From an uncultured Acidimicrobiales bacterium (GTDB lineage Bacteria; Actinomycetota; Acidimicrobiia; Acidimicrobiales; VFJN01): a stretch of 64,000 nucleotides of DNA. Below the pieces are notes generated by a model, which did not search any database, had not been told where the DNA came from, and saw only the letters and a list, made by a program, of their open reading frames with translations. Made by a program: the position numbers and the translations under genes. Below, piece after piece: positions 11,456 to 22,116 of the stretch (its first letter is position 1; every line of letters begins with the position of its first letter). Location of the stretch: contig CAVTKV010000014.1 of NCBI GenBank assembly GCA_963735395.1, positions 788-64,787 on the forward strand. Reading direction: 5' to 3'.

Positions 11456-12030
11456 TCAACTGCAGGCCCGGGGACGCGGGCGTTCAAACCTTGTCGACCG
11501 CCACACCGCCTCGTACCAGTGCGGCGCCCACGGGCCGTCGGTCGGCCGGGGACCCGGCGGCCACGACAGCATGCGGTCTGTGAACGCCACGCCCACGTGG
11601 TCGCACAGAGCGCGCAGGTAGCGCTCGGGGTCGCGGAGGAAGTCGCCGGCGTCGATCACCGGCGGCGGCGCGCCCTCCTCGCAGCTCGTCGTACAGCTGC
11701 ACCTGCTGGGGCAGGCCGATGTCCTTGGGGGTGACCGTGGCGCGGGTCTTCGTGTACGAGGCGACCACCTCGCGCGGGTCGCGGATCATCAGCACGTTGG
11801 TGAGCTCACCGATCCACGCGTGGTCGATCTCGGGCAGCAGGTGGTGGGCCATGTGCTTCTGGTAGGCGACCGTCGTTCCGGCGGGCGGGGGCGCCAGCTA
11901 CGACGCCACGACCCGGCGCCAGTCGGTCTCCCCCGCCCCGATCACGTCCGCCGCTCCCTCGATGCCGGTCGCGGCCAGGTAGTGGGCGTACAGCGGCTCG
12001 TCGACGACGACCGTGTCGGGCCCGATCGCC
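11456..12030 (-). pseudogene. Sulfotransferase-like P-loop protein (branched-chain aminotransferase N-terminal-like), truncated and frameshifted
   Basis: DTVVVDEPLYAHYL, YQKHMAHHLLP, MIRDPREVVASY, LRALCDHVGVAFTDRMLSWPPGPRPTDGPWAPHWYEAVWRST. The usual N-terminal WSGPRNIST motif is missing. Confidence 0.7.
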
Positions 12031-12081
12031 GGCGCTCGCCTCACGAGGCGCGCCGCACATCGGCCGTTCGAACGCTGTTGT

Positions 12082-12921
12082 TCAGGGCACCTGCGTGCGC
12101 ATGCGGCGGTAGAGGCACTGACCGCCGCCGGACGCGAGGAGGCCGCCGCCGGTCGACCAGACCCGCGCGGTCCACCCGAACAGGCCGCCGGTCGACAGCG
12201 GCGCGGCCCCGTCGCACAGGAGCCACTCCTCCCCGGCGGTGGGCTGATGGAACGCGACGCTCAGGTCGAGCGAGGGGGCGATGAACGGCGGCTCACGCCA
12301 GGCGTGCGGGCGGTGGGCCGAGGGCCAGCTCGGGAGGTCGACGAGGATCACCGTCCGGGCCCCGTCGACCCAGGGGTCCTCGAAGGTCGACGTCGGCAGG
12401 AACCGCAGCCACTCCTGCCACGACGCCGGGCGGGGGCCGTCGGGTGGCCACTCGGCCTCGAACGCGAGCGGCTTCGCTTCGAAGTTGCGCCAGAACGGGA
12501 ACGGGGGCTCGGCATCGTCGGGGACCAGCTCCTCGATGCTCGGCAGCTCGTCGGGGCCGGGCACCTCGGGCGGCACGGTCTCGTCGTGCTCGAGGCCCTC
12601 GCCCTCGGTCGTGCTCCACACCGATGCGTCGAGGATCGGCCGCCCGTCCTGGGTGATCTCGACGCGGTACGAGCTGGCCGCCCGACCCTCCTTGCGAGCC
12701 TCGACCCGGATGTCGATGGGCTCGAACCGGGCCACCCCGAGGTAGTGGCAGGCGAACGTCGATGGCCGTGCGTGCGACGTGACGCAGCCGACGGCCCGGA
12801 GCGCGAACGAGGCGATGTAGCCCCCCATCGGCCCCCAGATCTCCCACTCTGGGGACGGCACGCCCCGATAGCAGCCGTCGCCGACGGCCTCGACCGCGGT
12901 GTCCGCCTCCAGATCGCCCAT
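12082..12921 (-). CDS. Acyl-CoA thioesterase (double hot-dog, TesB-like)
   Basis: WEIWGPMGGYIAS, APSLDLSVAFH, ARVWSTGGGLLASGGGQCL. Confidence 0.8.
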   Translation of the reverse strand: MGDLEADTAVEAVGDGCYRGVPSPEWEIWGPMGGYIASFALRAVGCVTSHARPSTFACHYLGVARFEPIDIRVEARKEGRAASSYRVEITQDGRPILDASVWSTTEGEGLEHDETVPPEVPGPDELPSIEELVPDDAEPPFPFWRNFEAKPLAFEAEWPPDGPRPASWQEWLRFLPTSTFEDPWVDGARTVILVDLPSWPSAHRPHAWREPPFIAPSLDLSVAFHQPTAGEEWLLCDGAAPLSTGGLFGWTARVWSTGGGLLASGGGQCLYRRMRTQVP

Positions 12922-13102
12922 GGGGCGACAGCCTCGCCGCAGCCGGGCAGGCGCGCCAACGGAGATTTCGAGACAGCTGACGGTCTGGGCGGTCGCCGTT
13001 CCCGCCGACGTTCGACCTGCGGCCAGGCGGGCCACCACCCCGCAGGAGCAGCTGCTCGCCACGGCCACCGATGAGGACAGGCGGGTGGGGCCGGCCCCAA
13101 GA

Positions 13103-13552
13103 TCAGCCGGGCGTGCCGGAACGCGCCGCGGCCCGCGCCAGCAGATCGCCGTCCCCGGTCTGCCAGCGGGTGTCGAGCGTCAGAGCGGTGATCCGCCATC
13201 CGTCGGCGACGCGGCGCAGCTCGATCCGGTACGTACCGCCGACCACCCAGGGGCTGCCGAGGTCGTCGTCCAGGATGTGCGTACCCACGACGTGGACCGA
13301 GGCGTGCGCCCGGTCGTCGGCGTCGACATCGATGACCGGCAGGCCGAGGAGGTGCTGGTGCGCGTCGAGCCCGCTCAGCGCCGCCCGCCACTCGGCGACG
13401 AGGTCGGGACCGGCGATGTCATCGGGTTCGGCGCCGGTCAGCGAGCGGTAGTCGCGTCGCACGGTGTCGGCCAGGCGGCGGTCACGCCGTCCCAGTCGTG
13501 GTCGTCGACAGCCAGGATGAACCGCGCTGAGCAGGTCGGTGATGGCGTTCAC
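13103..13552 (-). CDS. SnoaL/NTF2-like protein (frameshifted)
   Basis: LADTVRRDYRSLTG...WRAALSGLDAHQHLLG...WVVGGTYRIELRRVADGWRI. The GTG overlaps the upstream stop. Confidence 0.75.
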   Translation of the reverse strand: MNAITDLLSAVHPGCRRPRLGRRDRRLADTVRRDYRSLTGAEPDDIAGPDLVAEWRAALSGLDAHQHLLGLPVIDVDADDRAHASVHVVGTHILDDDLGSPWVVGGTYRIELRRVADGWRITALTLDTRWQTGDGDLLARAAARSGTPG

Positions 13553-14553
13553 GCCGCTGCCTCCGCGGCCATCACCCGGTCGAGCCAGCGGAGCACGTGC
13601 CCGACCGCCTCGCTCACGTAGGGGTCCTGGTCGTAGAGCTCGATGTGGTTGTGGGTCTCGATCCAGACCAGGTCCTTGGGCCCTGTGGCGGCGTCGAAGG
13701 CGGCCTGGGCCTTCTCGGGCGGGAGGGCGGCGTCGGTCGTCCCGTGCACGATCAGGAGCGGGGTGGGGTCGGCGAGCGGCGCCTGCGAGACGGCGTCGAA
13801 GGTCAGGAACGGCTCGAGCGAGGCGGCCGTCGTCTCCCACGACCAGGTCGGCGCGTGAGTCGCGGGACGTGCGCTCGTAGTAGCTGTACGCCTCGGGATT
13901 GGGCATGACCGCGATCGGCACGTCGGCGCTGAGCTCACGGGCGATGGTCGGGACGTAGCACCACCTCGCCGGTGCGGCGCTGGCGGTCGTGCAGCTCGTT
14001 GGCGGTGCGCAGGTAGGCGGCGAGCCCGGCGGCGCCCATGGCGGCCCGCATCGTGCCGCCCAGGTCGTAGCCGCCCGCCACGCTGGCGCATGCGGCCAGG
14101 CGACGCTCGCGGGCGGCCATCGCCAGGGCGTAGCCGCCGCCCATGCACACGCCCACCGCGGCGACGCGGGTGGAGTCGACCCCGTCGCTCGCCATGAGGT
14201 GGGCGCAGGCGTTCACGTAGTCGGCGATGACCGGCCACGGGTCGTAGTGGAAGCGAGGCTCGCCCTCGCTCTCGCCGAAGCCCCGCGGGTCGAACGTGAG
14301 CACCGTGTAGCCGGCGTCGGCGAAGCGCTCGGCGTAGTGGGGCAGGGTCTGCTCCTTGACGCTCGACACCGGACCACACATCACGATGCCGGGGGTGGCC
14401 TGGCCGGGCGAGGCCTGCGGCGGGCGGTAGAGGTGGGCGGCGAGCCGGTGACCGTCGCTGTCGAAGGCGGTCGGCGTGGCGTCGGTCGGTGTCGGTGACG
14501 AGCAGGTGGGCGGGATCCTGGGGGAGCAACGGGTCGGGTTCGGGGACGGCCAT
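13549..14553 (-). CDS. Alpha/beta hydrolase (frameshifted)
   Basis: GPVSSVKEQT, FDPRGFGESEGEPR, nucleophile elbow GVCMGGGY, LLIVHGTTD, THNHIELYD. Confidence 0.8.
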   Translation of the reverse strand: MAVPEPDPLLPQDPAHLLVTDTDRRHADRLRQRRSPARRPPLPPAAGLARPGHPRHRDVWSGVERQGADPAPLRRALRRRRLHGAHVRPAGLRRERGRASLPLRPVAGHRRLRERLRPPHGERRGRLHPRRRGGRVHGRRLRPGDGRPRASPGRMRQRGGRLRPGRHDAGRHGRRRARRLPAHRQRAARPPAPHRRGGATSRPSPVSSAPTCRSRSCPIPRRTATTSARPATHAPTWSWETTAASLEPFLTFDAVSQAPLADPTPLLIVHGTTDAALPPEKAQAAFDAATGPKDLVWIETHNHIELYDQDPYVSEAVGHVLRWLDRVMAAEAAA

Positions 14554-14659
14554 GCCCGGATGGTGCGGCGCCAGGTCCGGCGACATCCAGTGAGGCCGGT
14601 TCCTGGGACGTCGCGTCCACCCAGGCGCTGTCGGGCGACGAGGCCGGCATACTCGAGGC

Positions 14660-15537
14660 ATGCACCGCCCCGACGAGCTCGGGACCGTTCCTCCGTTCCC
14701 GGCCGGGCGCGGTCTCGCCCGAGCTCGTCGGCCTGCCAGCCCGGACCGCCGCCGCGTGTGGCCGGGTCTGCGCCGCGAGGAGCTGGCCCTGCTGGTCCAC
14801 GTCAGCGCCGACTACCTGGTGCGCCTGGAGCAGGGGCGTGTCGGCCGACCGTCGCCCGAGATCGTCGGCGCAGCTGGCCCGTGCCCTGCTGCTCGATGAC
14901 GCCGAGCGCCGCCACCTGTTCCGCCTCGCCGACGCCAGCGAGCCCGCCTCCGCTGGTGGCGACGGCACGGCCGTGCGCCCGGGCGTCGGCCTGCTCGTCC
15001 GCACGCTCGATCCGACGCCGGCGGTGCTGCTCAGCCGGCGCCTCGACCTGTTGGCATGGAACCCGACCGCCGAGGCGCTGCTCGGCCCGTTCGGCGCCGA
15101 GCGGAACTACGCCCGCCTGGTCTTCACGCGACCCAGCCACGCGCGCCCTGCACGCCGACTGGGAGGAGGCTGCCCGCGAGACCGTCGCGCTGCTCCGCCT
15201 CGCCGCCACCCGTCACCCCGACGACAAGTCGCTGCACGCCCTGGTCGACGAGCTCCGGACCGACGATCCCCGGGTCGGCGAGTGGTGGGAGGCCCACGAC
15301 GTGGCGCAGAAGTCCCACGGCCTCAAGCGCTACGAGCACCCGCAGGAGGGTGCGTTGACGCTGCACTACGAGGCCGTGGTGCTGACCGACGACGGCGACC
15401 AGATCCTGACGCTCTACGCCGCCGAGCCCGACTCGCTCGACGGCGTGCGCCTGGCCAACCTGGCGGAGCGGGCGTGGGCGACGGTTCCGCTCGACGAGGC
15501 CGAGCCCCTCGGGCCGCCCGGCTGGATGGCAACCTGA
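14660..15537 (+). CDS. XRE-HTH / MmyB-like transcriptional regulator (frameshifted)
   Basis: GLRREELALLVHVSADYLVRLEQGR, LLAWNPTAEAL, KRYEHPQEGALTLHYE. Divergent from the hydrolase. Confidence 0.8.
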
Positions 15538-15565
15538 CGGAGACCCGTTCAGCCAGCGGAACGCG

Positions 15566-16558
15566 CTAGCGGAACGCAGGCATGACCTGCTCGGCCACGA
15601 TCTGCAGTCCCTCGGTGCCCGGAAGGTCGTAGTGCCACGGCAGGAAGCTGGTGACACCCATGTCGACATACTGGCCGATCTTGTCGATCACCTGCTGGGG
15701 CGTGCCCACCAGGTTGCCGGCCTGCCAGCTGTCGAACGGCTCGCCGTTGTCGCTGTCACCGGCGAGTGCCCGCACCTCGGCCTTGGTGCCGCGGACGAGG
15801 ATGTTCGGCGTCCACGTCTTCTCGATGTCGTCGTAGTCGCGGCCGACGGCGTCGCAGTGGCGGCGCAGGACGTCGCACTTGTGGGCGAACTCGGTGGGGT
15901 TCCCGCCGAAGTTCGACCGGTCGGCCAGCCGGGCCACCACCCGGAGGAGCAACTGCTCGCCGCTGCCCCCGACGAGGATCGGCGGATGGGGCTGCTGCAG
16001 CGGCTTGGGGTCGCACTGGGCCCCGTCGAGCTGGAAGTGCTGGCCGTCGTACGAGGTGTCGGGCTCGGTCCACATCGACCGCACGATCTCGACGGTCTCG
16101 GCCAGCACCGCGATGCGGTCCTTCGGCGGCAGGAAGTCGTAGCCGTAGACCCCGGAACTCGTGCTCGTACCACCCGCGCCGATGCCCCAGTCGAGGCGGC
16201 CGCCGCTGATCACGTCGATGTTCGACGTGATCTTCGCCAGCAGGCCGGGGTTGCGGTACGGCGCGCACCCGACCATCTGACCGAGGCGCACCCGCGAGGT
16301 CCGCTGGCTGAGGGCGGCGAGGGTCGTCCAGCACTCGAACACCGCCTCGTGGGACGGTCGGGGCACGTTGTGGAAGTGGTCGTAGAGCCAGATCGAGTCG
16401 TAGCCCAGCCGCTCGACGAGCTCGGCGAGCTCCACGACCGTCGCCCACTGCGCCTCGGCGCCGTCGATGTGGCTGAGCTCGGTCTTCCACCCCTGAGGGA
16501 CGAAGGCCCCGAACGTGATCGGACGTGTGGACACGGCTTCCTCCGGCTCGACGGACAC
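15566..16558 (-). CDS. LLM-class F420-dependent oxidoreductase (TIGR03560-like)
   Basis: GYDSIWLYDHFH, ECWTTLAAL, YRNPGLLAKITSNIDVISGGRL, PKPLQQPHPPILVGGSGE. Compensating indels near 16150-16180. Confidence 0.85.
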   Translation of the reverse strand: MSVEPEEAVSTRPITFGAFVPQGWKTELSHIDGAEAQWATVVELAELVERLGYDSIWLYDHFHNVPRPSHEAVFECWTTLAALSQRTSRVRLGQMVGCAPYRNPGLLAKITSNIDVISGGRLDWGIGAGGTSTSSGVYGYDFLPPKDRIAVLAETVEIVRSMWTEPDTSYDGQHFQLDGAQCDPKPLQQPHPPILVGGSGEQLLLRVVARLADRSNFGGNPTEFAHKCDVLRRHCDAVGRDYDDIEKTWTPNILVRGTKAEVRALAGDSDNGEPFDSWQAGNLVGTPQQVIDKIGQYVDMGVTSFLPWHYDLPGTEGLQIVAEQVMPAFR

Positions 16559-16799
16559 GGCGCCGTTGACGCTACGGCTTCGAGCGCGCTCACGGTCAAG
16601 GGCTCGCGCCGGTCACGGACCGTCCGGTGTCACCAGGACAGCTTGGGTCCGGGGCGTCCCGGCTGAACCACGTGGCGTTGCGGGTCGCCCGCCTGGCGGT
16701 GCCTTCCCGGGCCCGCGCGAATCCCCAGGTCAGAGGGATGTCGGGCCGGCGTCTCCTGGCGTAACACGGGCCTGACCGGCCGGAGAACGGCACGTAACG

Positions 16800-17567
16800 G
16801 TGGCGACGCATCCTGCTCGCATGCGCAGCCCCGTCGTGCACCTCACCAACCGGCCCCGCTCGGGCCCGGCGCGCCGGGCCCACGACATCCTGCGGGGACA
16901 GGTCCTCGGCGGGGCGTACGGCGATCGGCCCCTGCCTCCCGAGCACGAGCTCGTGGCCACGCTCGGCGTCAGCCGCAACGTCGTGCGCGACGCGCTCGAC
17001 CTGCTGCGCCAAGAGGGGCTGATCGAGCGGATCCCCGGCGCGGGCACGTTCGTCGTGTCCGGCAAGCAGGCGCAGGGGCTCGACCGGCTGCGGGGCCTGG
17101 CCGAGACGTTCCCAGGCGCCGACGACTGGGTGGTCAACGAGGTCCTCGCCGCCGAGGTCACCGAGGCGACCGCCTACGTGGCGGCCCGCCTCGACCTGGC
17201 GCCGGGCGACCCGGTCGTGTTCATCGAGCGGCTCCGGCGCCTGCGCGGCCAGCCGCTCTCGCTCGACGCGAGCTACCTCGACGCCTCGATCGCCCGGCCA
17301 GTGCTCGACTGCGACCTCGTCGGGCAGGACAAGTTCTGCCTGCTCGAGCAAGAGCTGGGCCTCACGCTCGCCGCCGCCACGCTCTCGATCGAGGCCGTTT
17401 CCGCCGACGCCCCCACCGCCGACCTGCTCGGTGTGGTCACCGGCGCCCCGCTGCTGCTGCTCGAACGGCTCGCTTACCTCGACTGCGGGCGGCCCGTCGA
17501 CTTCGAGTTCGTCCGCTACCGGGGCGACCGCCTGTCGCTGACCGCGCAGCTCTCCCGCCATCCCTAG
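16800..17567 (+). CDS. GntR family (UTRA) transcriptional regulator
   Basis: LPPEHELVATLGVSRNVVRDALDLLRQEGLIERIPGAGTFV, plus a UTRA C-terminus. Confidence 0.85.
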   Translation: MATHPARMRSPVVHLTNRPRSGPARRAHDILRGQVLGGAYGDRPLPPEHELVATLGVSRNVVRDALDLLRQEGLIERIPGAGTFVVSGKQAQGLDRLRGLAETFPGADDWVVNEVLAAEVTEATAYVAARLDLAPGDPVVFIERLRRLRGQPLSLDASYLDASIARPVLDCDLVGQDKFCLLEQELGLTLAAATLSIEAVSADAPTADLLGVVTGAPLLLLERLAYLDCGRPVDFEFVRYRGDRLSLTAQLSRHP

Positions 17568-17577
17568 GAGGACCTCG

Positions 17578-19371
17578 ATGCACATCCCCGACCCGCGCTC
17601 GCCGCGGCAGGTGACCTGCGACGTGCTCGTCGTCGGCGGCGGCACCGCCGGCACGATGGCGGCGCTGACCGCCGCCCAGAGCGGCGCAGACGTCTACGTC
17701 CTCGAGAAGGCGCACATCCGCCACTCGGGGGCGCTGGCCATCGGCATGGACGGCGTGAACAACGCCGTCATCCCGGGCCACGCGACGCCCGAGCAGTACG
17801 TGAACGAGATCACGATGGCCAACGACGGCATCGTCGACCAGCGGGCGGTGCTGCAGACCGCCACCCGCAGCTTCGCCATGATCAAGCAGCTCGAGTCGCT
17901 GGGGCGTGAAGTTCGAGAAGGACGAGCACGGCGAGTACGACGTCAGGAAGGTGCACCAGGTCGGCAGCTACGTGCTGCCGATGCCCGAGGGCTACGACCT
18001 CAAGAAGATCCTGTACCGGCAGCATGCGCAAGCGGCGGGTCCGCCACGTCAACCGGGTGATGGCCGACGCGTCGTGACGCCGCCGGACGGGCGCCGCGGG
18101 CCGTGGGCGCGGTCGGCTTCGACACCCGTGACGGGCGAGTTCGTGGTCATCGCCGCCAAGGCCGTGATCCTGTGCCACCGGCGCGTCCGGCCGGCTGGGC
18201 CTGCCCGCCAGCGGCTACCTGTACGGCACCTACGAGAACCCGACCAACGCCGGCGACGGCTACGCCATGGCGTACCACGCCGGCGCCGAGCTGACGCGGC
18301 ATCGAGTGCTTCCAGATCAACCCGCTGATCAAGGACTACAACGGCCCCGCCTGCGCCTACGTGACCGGGCCGTTCGGCGGCTACACGGTCAACGCCGACG
18401 GCCATCGCTTCATCGACAGCGACTACTGGGCGGGCCAGATGATGCTCGAGTTCTACCGGGAGCTCGCACTCGCGAACGGGCCCGGTCTACCTCAAGCTCG
18501 ACGCACCTGCCCGAGCGACGATCGACCGAGATCGAGGAGATGCTGCACCGCACCGAGCGGCCGAGCCGCGGGCACTTCCACGCCAACCGCGGCCACGACT
18601 ACCGCACCCACGACGTCGAGATGCACATCTCCGAGATCGGGCTGTGCAGCGGCCACTCGTCGTCGGGCGTGTGGGTCGACGAGCACGCCGCCACCACGGT
18701 CCCCGGCCTGTACGCCGCGGGCGACATGGCCTGCGTGCCGCACAACTACATGCTCGGCGCCTTCGTCTACGGCGAGATCGCCGCCACCACGCGCGGTCGC
18801 CCACCTGCGTCACCGGGTCGACCACGCCGAGCTCGCCGGCCGACCAGGTCGCCGCCGCCCACGAGCTGATCTACCGGCCGCTGCGGCAATCCCGGACGGG
18901 CCGCCGCAGCCCCAGGTCGAGTACAAGCTGCGCCGCTTCGTCAACGACTACCTGCCGCCGCCCAAGAGCGACCACCGCATGGAGATCGCGGCTCGAGCGC
19001 CTTCGAGCGGATGCGAGCGGCGAGATCGCGGGCATGGGCGCGACGACCCCGCACGAGCTGATGCGGTGCGCCGAGGTCACGTTCATCCGCGACTGCGCCG
19101 AGATGGCGGCGCGCGCCTCGCTTACCGCACCGAGAGCCGCTGGGGCCTCTACCACCAGCGGCTCGACCACCCCGAGCGCAACGACGACGAGTGGTTCTGC
19201 CACGTGCAGGTGCGCAAGGGCCCCCGGGGCATGGAGGTCACGACCCGGCCGGTGGCTCCGTACGTCGTGCCCGTCGAGGGCTTCGAGTTCCACCCCGTCG
19301 AGGCCGCGCCCGCGCCGAGCGGCGTGTGGGCGGCCTCGGCGACCGACCAAGCCGAGATGGTGAGGAGCTGA
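17578..19371 (+). CDS. Fumarate reductase/succinate dehydrogenase-family flavoprotein, AprA-like (frameshifted)
   Basis: DVLVVGGGTAG, RHSGALAIGMDGVNNAVIPG, GTYENPTNAGDGYAMAYHAGA, GLCSGHSSSGVWVD...GLYAAGD, RTESRWGLYH. Confidence 0.85.
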
Positions 19372-19374
19372 GCG

Positions 19375-19603
19375 GTGCCCCTGGTCAACCAAGCCGTCGA
19401 CGTCCCCGTGAGCGTCGACGAGTCGCTGTGCGTCGAGGGCTGCCGGCTGTGCGTCGACATGTGCCCGCTCGACTCGCTGGCGATCCACCCCGACACGAAC
19501 AAGGCCTACATGCACGTCGACGAGTGCTGGTACTGCATGCCCGTGCGCCGACCGCTGCCCCGTCGACGCCGTGACCGTCAACATCCCCTACCTGCTGAGG
19601 TGA
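19375..19603 (+). CDS. Small 4Fe-4S dicluster ferredoxin (AprB-like)
   Basis: CVEGCRLCVDMCPLDSL...DECWYCMPC..RCPVDAVTVNIPYLLR*, with one indel. Confidence 0.85.
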
Positions 19604-19613
19604 GAGCGACCAT

Positions 19614-21071
19614 GTGACGGGCACGCGTCCCGACAGGCGCGGCGGCCGCCGCGCTGGCGCTCACGGCGACGCCTGCGGCGGCGGTGACGTCGGCCGGCGC
19701 CTCGGGCGCCGAGACGACGGCGGCGGGGGCGGCGGCACCGGGACGCGTGACCATCGGCTACCAGTCCAAGACCATCAACACCGTGACCGCGGGGACGCTG
19801 CTGCGCGAGCTGGGCTATCTTCGAGGAGGAGCTGGCAGAGCTCAGCGACGAGACCGGCGTCGAGTACCGGGTCGACTGGCAGGACTACACGTCCGGCGCC
19901 GCCGATCACGGCCCAGATGATCGCCGGCGCCATCGACATCGGCTCGATGGGCGACTACCCGCTCATGGTGAACGGGGCCGAGAGCCAGGGCCACGACGAC
20001 GCCCGGTCGCAGTTCGTGTCGGTGACGGGCTACAACCTGCGCGGCTCGCTCAACGCCGTCGTGGTGCCCGTCGGGTCCGACGCCCGGACGCTGGCCGACC
20101 TCGAAGGCCAGCAGGTCTCGACCAGCGTGGGTTCGACGGCGCACGGCAACCTCGTCGCCGCGCTGGACGACGCCGGGCTCGGCGCCGACGCCGTGACCCT
20201 CGTCAACCAGGAGCCGGCGGTGGGCCTCACCGCCCTCGAGAGCGGGCAGGTGGCGGCGCTCGCCCAGTTCGTCCCGTTCCCCGAGGTGGCGATCCACAAC
20301 GGCATCGCCCGCAAGCTGTACGACCTCGGCGAGAACGGCGTGCCGACGTTCCACGCGGTGGTGCTGCGCGAGCAGTTCGCCGACGAGGAGCCAGGCGTGG
20401 TCGAGGCGTTCCTGACGGCGCAGATCCGGGCGACCGAGTACATCCACGAGAACCCGATGGAGTCGGCCGTCACGGTGGCGGACGTCACCGGCCTCGACCC
20501 CGAGGTCGTCTACCTGTTCAACGGCCCGAACGGAATCGTCACGTTCGACCCGACCATCAAGGAGCCGCTGGTCGACGCGCTGCGGGAGGGGCTGCCGTTC
20601 CTGCAGGACCTCGGCTCGGTGTCCGACCTCGACATCGAGGACTTTGCCCACGACGACTACCTGCGAGCGGCCTGGGGTGACGGCTACGAAGACGCCGCCG
20701 CCACAACCGACAACCGCAGCGCCATCACCGGCACCGACGACGTGTGCGACCTCGAGGTGAGCGACCCGGCAACGGCGTCGGAGGCCTGGTTCGAGGGCGA
20801 GGAGGCGACGCAGGTGGCGGTCACGCCCACCTGCCTGCTCCGCCGGGTGGCGGCGGCCCCCGCCGAGCTGCGGGCCGGCTACGTGCCCGACGCGGGGACC
20901 GGCACGCGGATGTTCGCCGAGACGGCGACATGGGTCGACGACCCGGCGGCCCCCGAGACGGCCCGCTTCCTGCCCTTCTCCACGCTGGCCGCCGCCGAGG
21001 ACTACGCCGCCGACCACACGGGAGCGTCGGTGGAGGACTTCGCCGCCGTGCTCGCCGCCGCCGGGGGCTGA
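19614..21071 (+). CDS. NitT/TauT (sulfonate/nitrate) ABC substrate-binding lipoprotein with C-terminal NosL-like extension (5' part frameshifted)
   Basis: VTIGYQSKTINTVTAG, IDIGSMGDYP, VSTSVGSTAHG. C-terminus CDLEVSDP...TPTCLL...GYVPDAGTG...FLPFSTLAAAEDYA. Confidence 0.8.
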   Translation: MTGTRPDRRGGRRAGAHGDACGGGDVGRRLGRRDDGGGGGGTGTRDHRLPVQDHQHRDRGDAAARAGLSSRRSWQSSATRPASSTGSTGRTTRPAPPITAQMIAGAIDIGSMGDYPLMVNGAESQGHDDARSQFVSVTGYNLRGSLNAVVVPVGSDARTLADLEGQQVSTSVGSTAHGNLVAALDDAGLGADAVTLVNQEPAVGLTALESGQVAALAQFVPFPEVAIHNGIARKLYDLGENGVPTFHAVVLREQFADEEPGVVEAFLTAQIRATEYIHENPMESAVTVADVTGLDPEVVYLFNGPNGIVTFDPTIKEPLVDALREGLPFLQDLGSVSDLDIEDFAHDDYLRAAWGDGYEDAAATTDNRSAITGTDDVCDLEVSDPATASEAWFEGEEATQVAVTPTCLLRRVAAAPAELRAGYVPDAGTGTRMFAETATWVDDPAAPETARFLPFSTLAAAEDYAADHTGASVEDFAAVLAAAGG

Positions 21072-21191
21072 CCGCCCCGGCCGGGCCCGCGCGCTCGGGC
21101 CCGGCCGGGCGTCGGCCGCTCCGCGGCCTCGCTCCTCGCTCGACCTCCTGACACCCCGACCCGCCGACCGCCTCACCGAAGGAGCAACACC

Positions 21192-22116
21192 GTGACCGTC
21201 ACCGAACCCACGGTGGCCGCCGCCGACGACACCGCCGCGGCGACCGACAGCCGCGACGCAACCGGCGCCGATCCCGGCTCCCAGCCCGTCTCCGGTCCGC
21301 CCGCCGGCCGGCGTCCGGCCCGCGGCCGCCGGCTCGCCGCGACGGCTCGGCCGCATCGGGCTGCGCCTGACGTCCCTCGCCGCGGCCGTCGTGGTGTGGC
21401 ACCTGCTCACCGAGCACGACGTCGAGCTGTGGCTGCGCTTCTCGAAGATCCCCGGCCCGCTGGAGGTGTTCGACGAGCTGCGGGCCCAGCTCGGCGGCGG
21501 CGAGCTCGGCCGGCACATCACGGCCAGCACCTGGCGCATCCTGCAGGGCTTCGGCCTCGCCGCCGTCGTGGGCGTGGCGCTCGGCACCGGCATCGGCCGG
21601 TCGCGCCTGCTCCACGACCTCGTGGGACCGCTGCTGGAGGTGGTGCGCCCGATCCCCGCGATCGCCTGGGTGCCGATGGCGATCCTGCTGTTCCCGTCGG
21701 GCGAACAGGGGATCGTGTTCATCACCTTCCTCGCCGCCCTGTTCCCCGTCGTCGTGGCCACCCGGCACGCGGTACGGGCGCTGCCCTACGTGTGGGAGGA
21801 CGCCATCCGCACGATGGGCGGCGGCCGGCGGGCGGTGCTGTGGCGGGTCGTGCTGCCCGGCGCCCTGCCCGGCATCTTCTCGGGCCTGTCGGTAGCGATG
21901 GGCGTGGCGTGGATCTGCGTCGTGTCGGCCGAGATGATCTCGGGTCAGCGGGGCGTCGGTTACTACACGTGGATGTCGTACTCGCTGATCGACTACGCCG
22001 GCGTGATCGTCGGCATGGTCACGATCGGCGTGCTCGGCCTGGCCAGCTCCGCACTCGTCGAGGGCGTCGGCCGGCTCGCCACCCACTGGCTGCCCCGCAG
22101 CGAGGCCGGGCGATGA
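21192..22116 (+). CDS. NitT/TauT ABC permease (frameshift near 21350)
   Basis: EVVRPIPAIAWVPMAILLF, VVLPGALPGIFSGL, WICVVSAEMISG. Confidence 0.85.

Noticed and set aside
17578-19603. Calling these genes aprAB (dissimilatory sulfur metabolism) or sdhA
   Set aside because: There are no sat/qmo/dsr genes and no SdhB/C/D partners in the window. Only family-level similarity can be supported.
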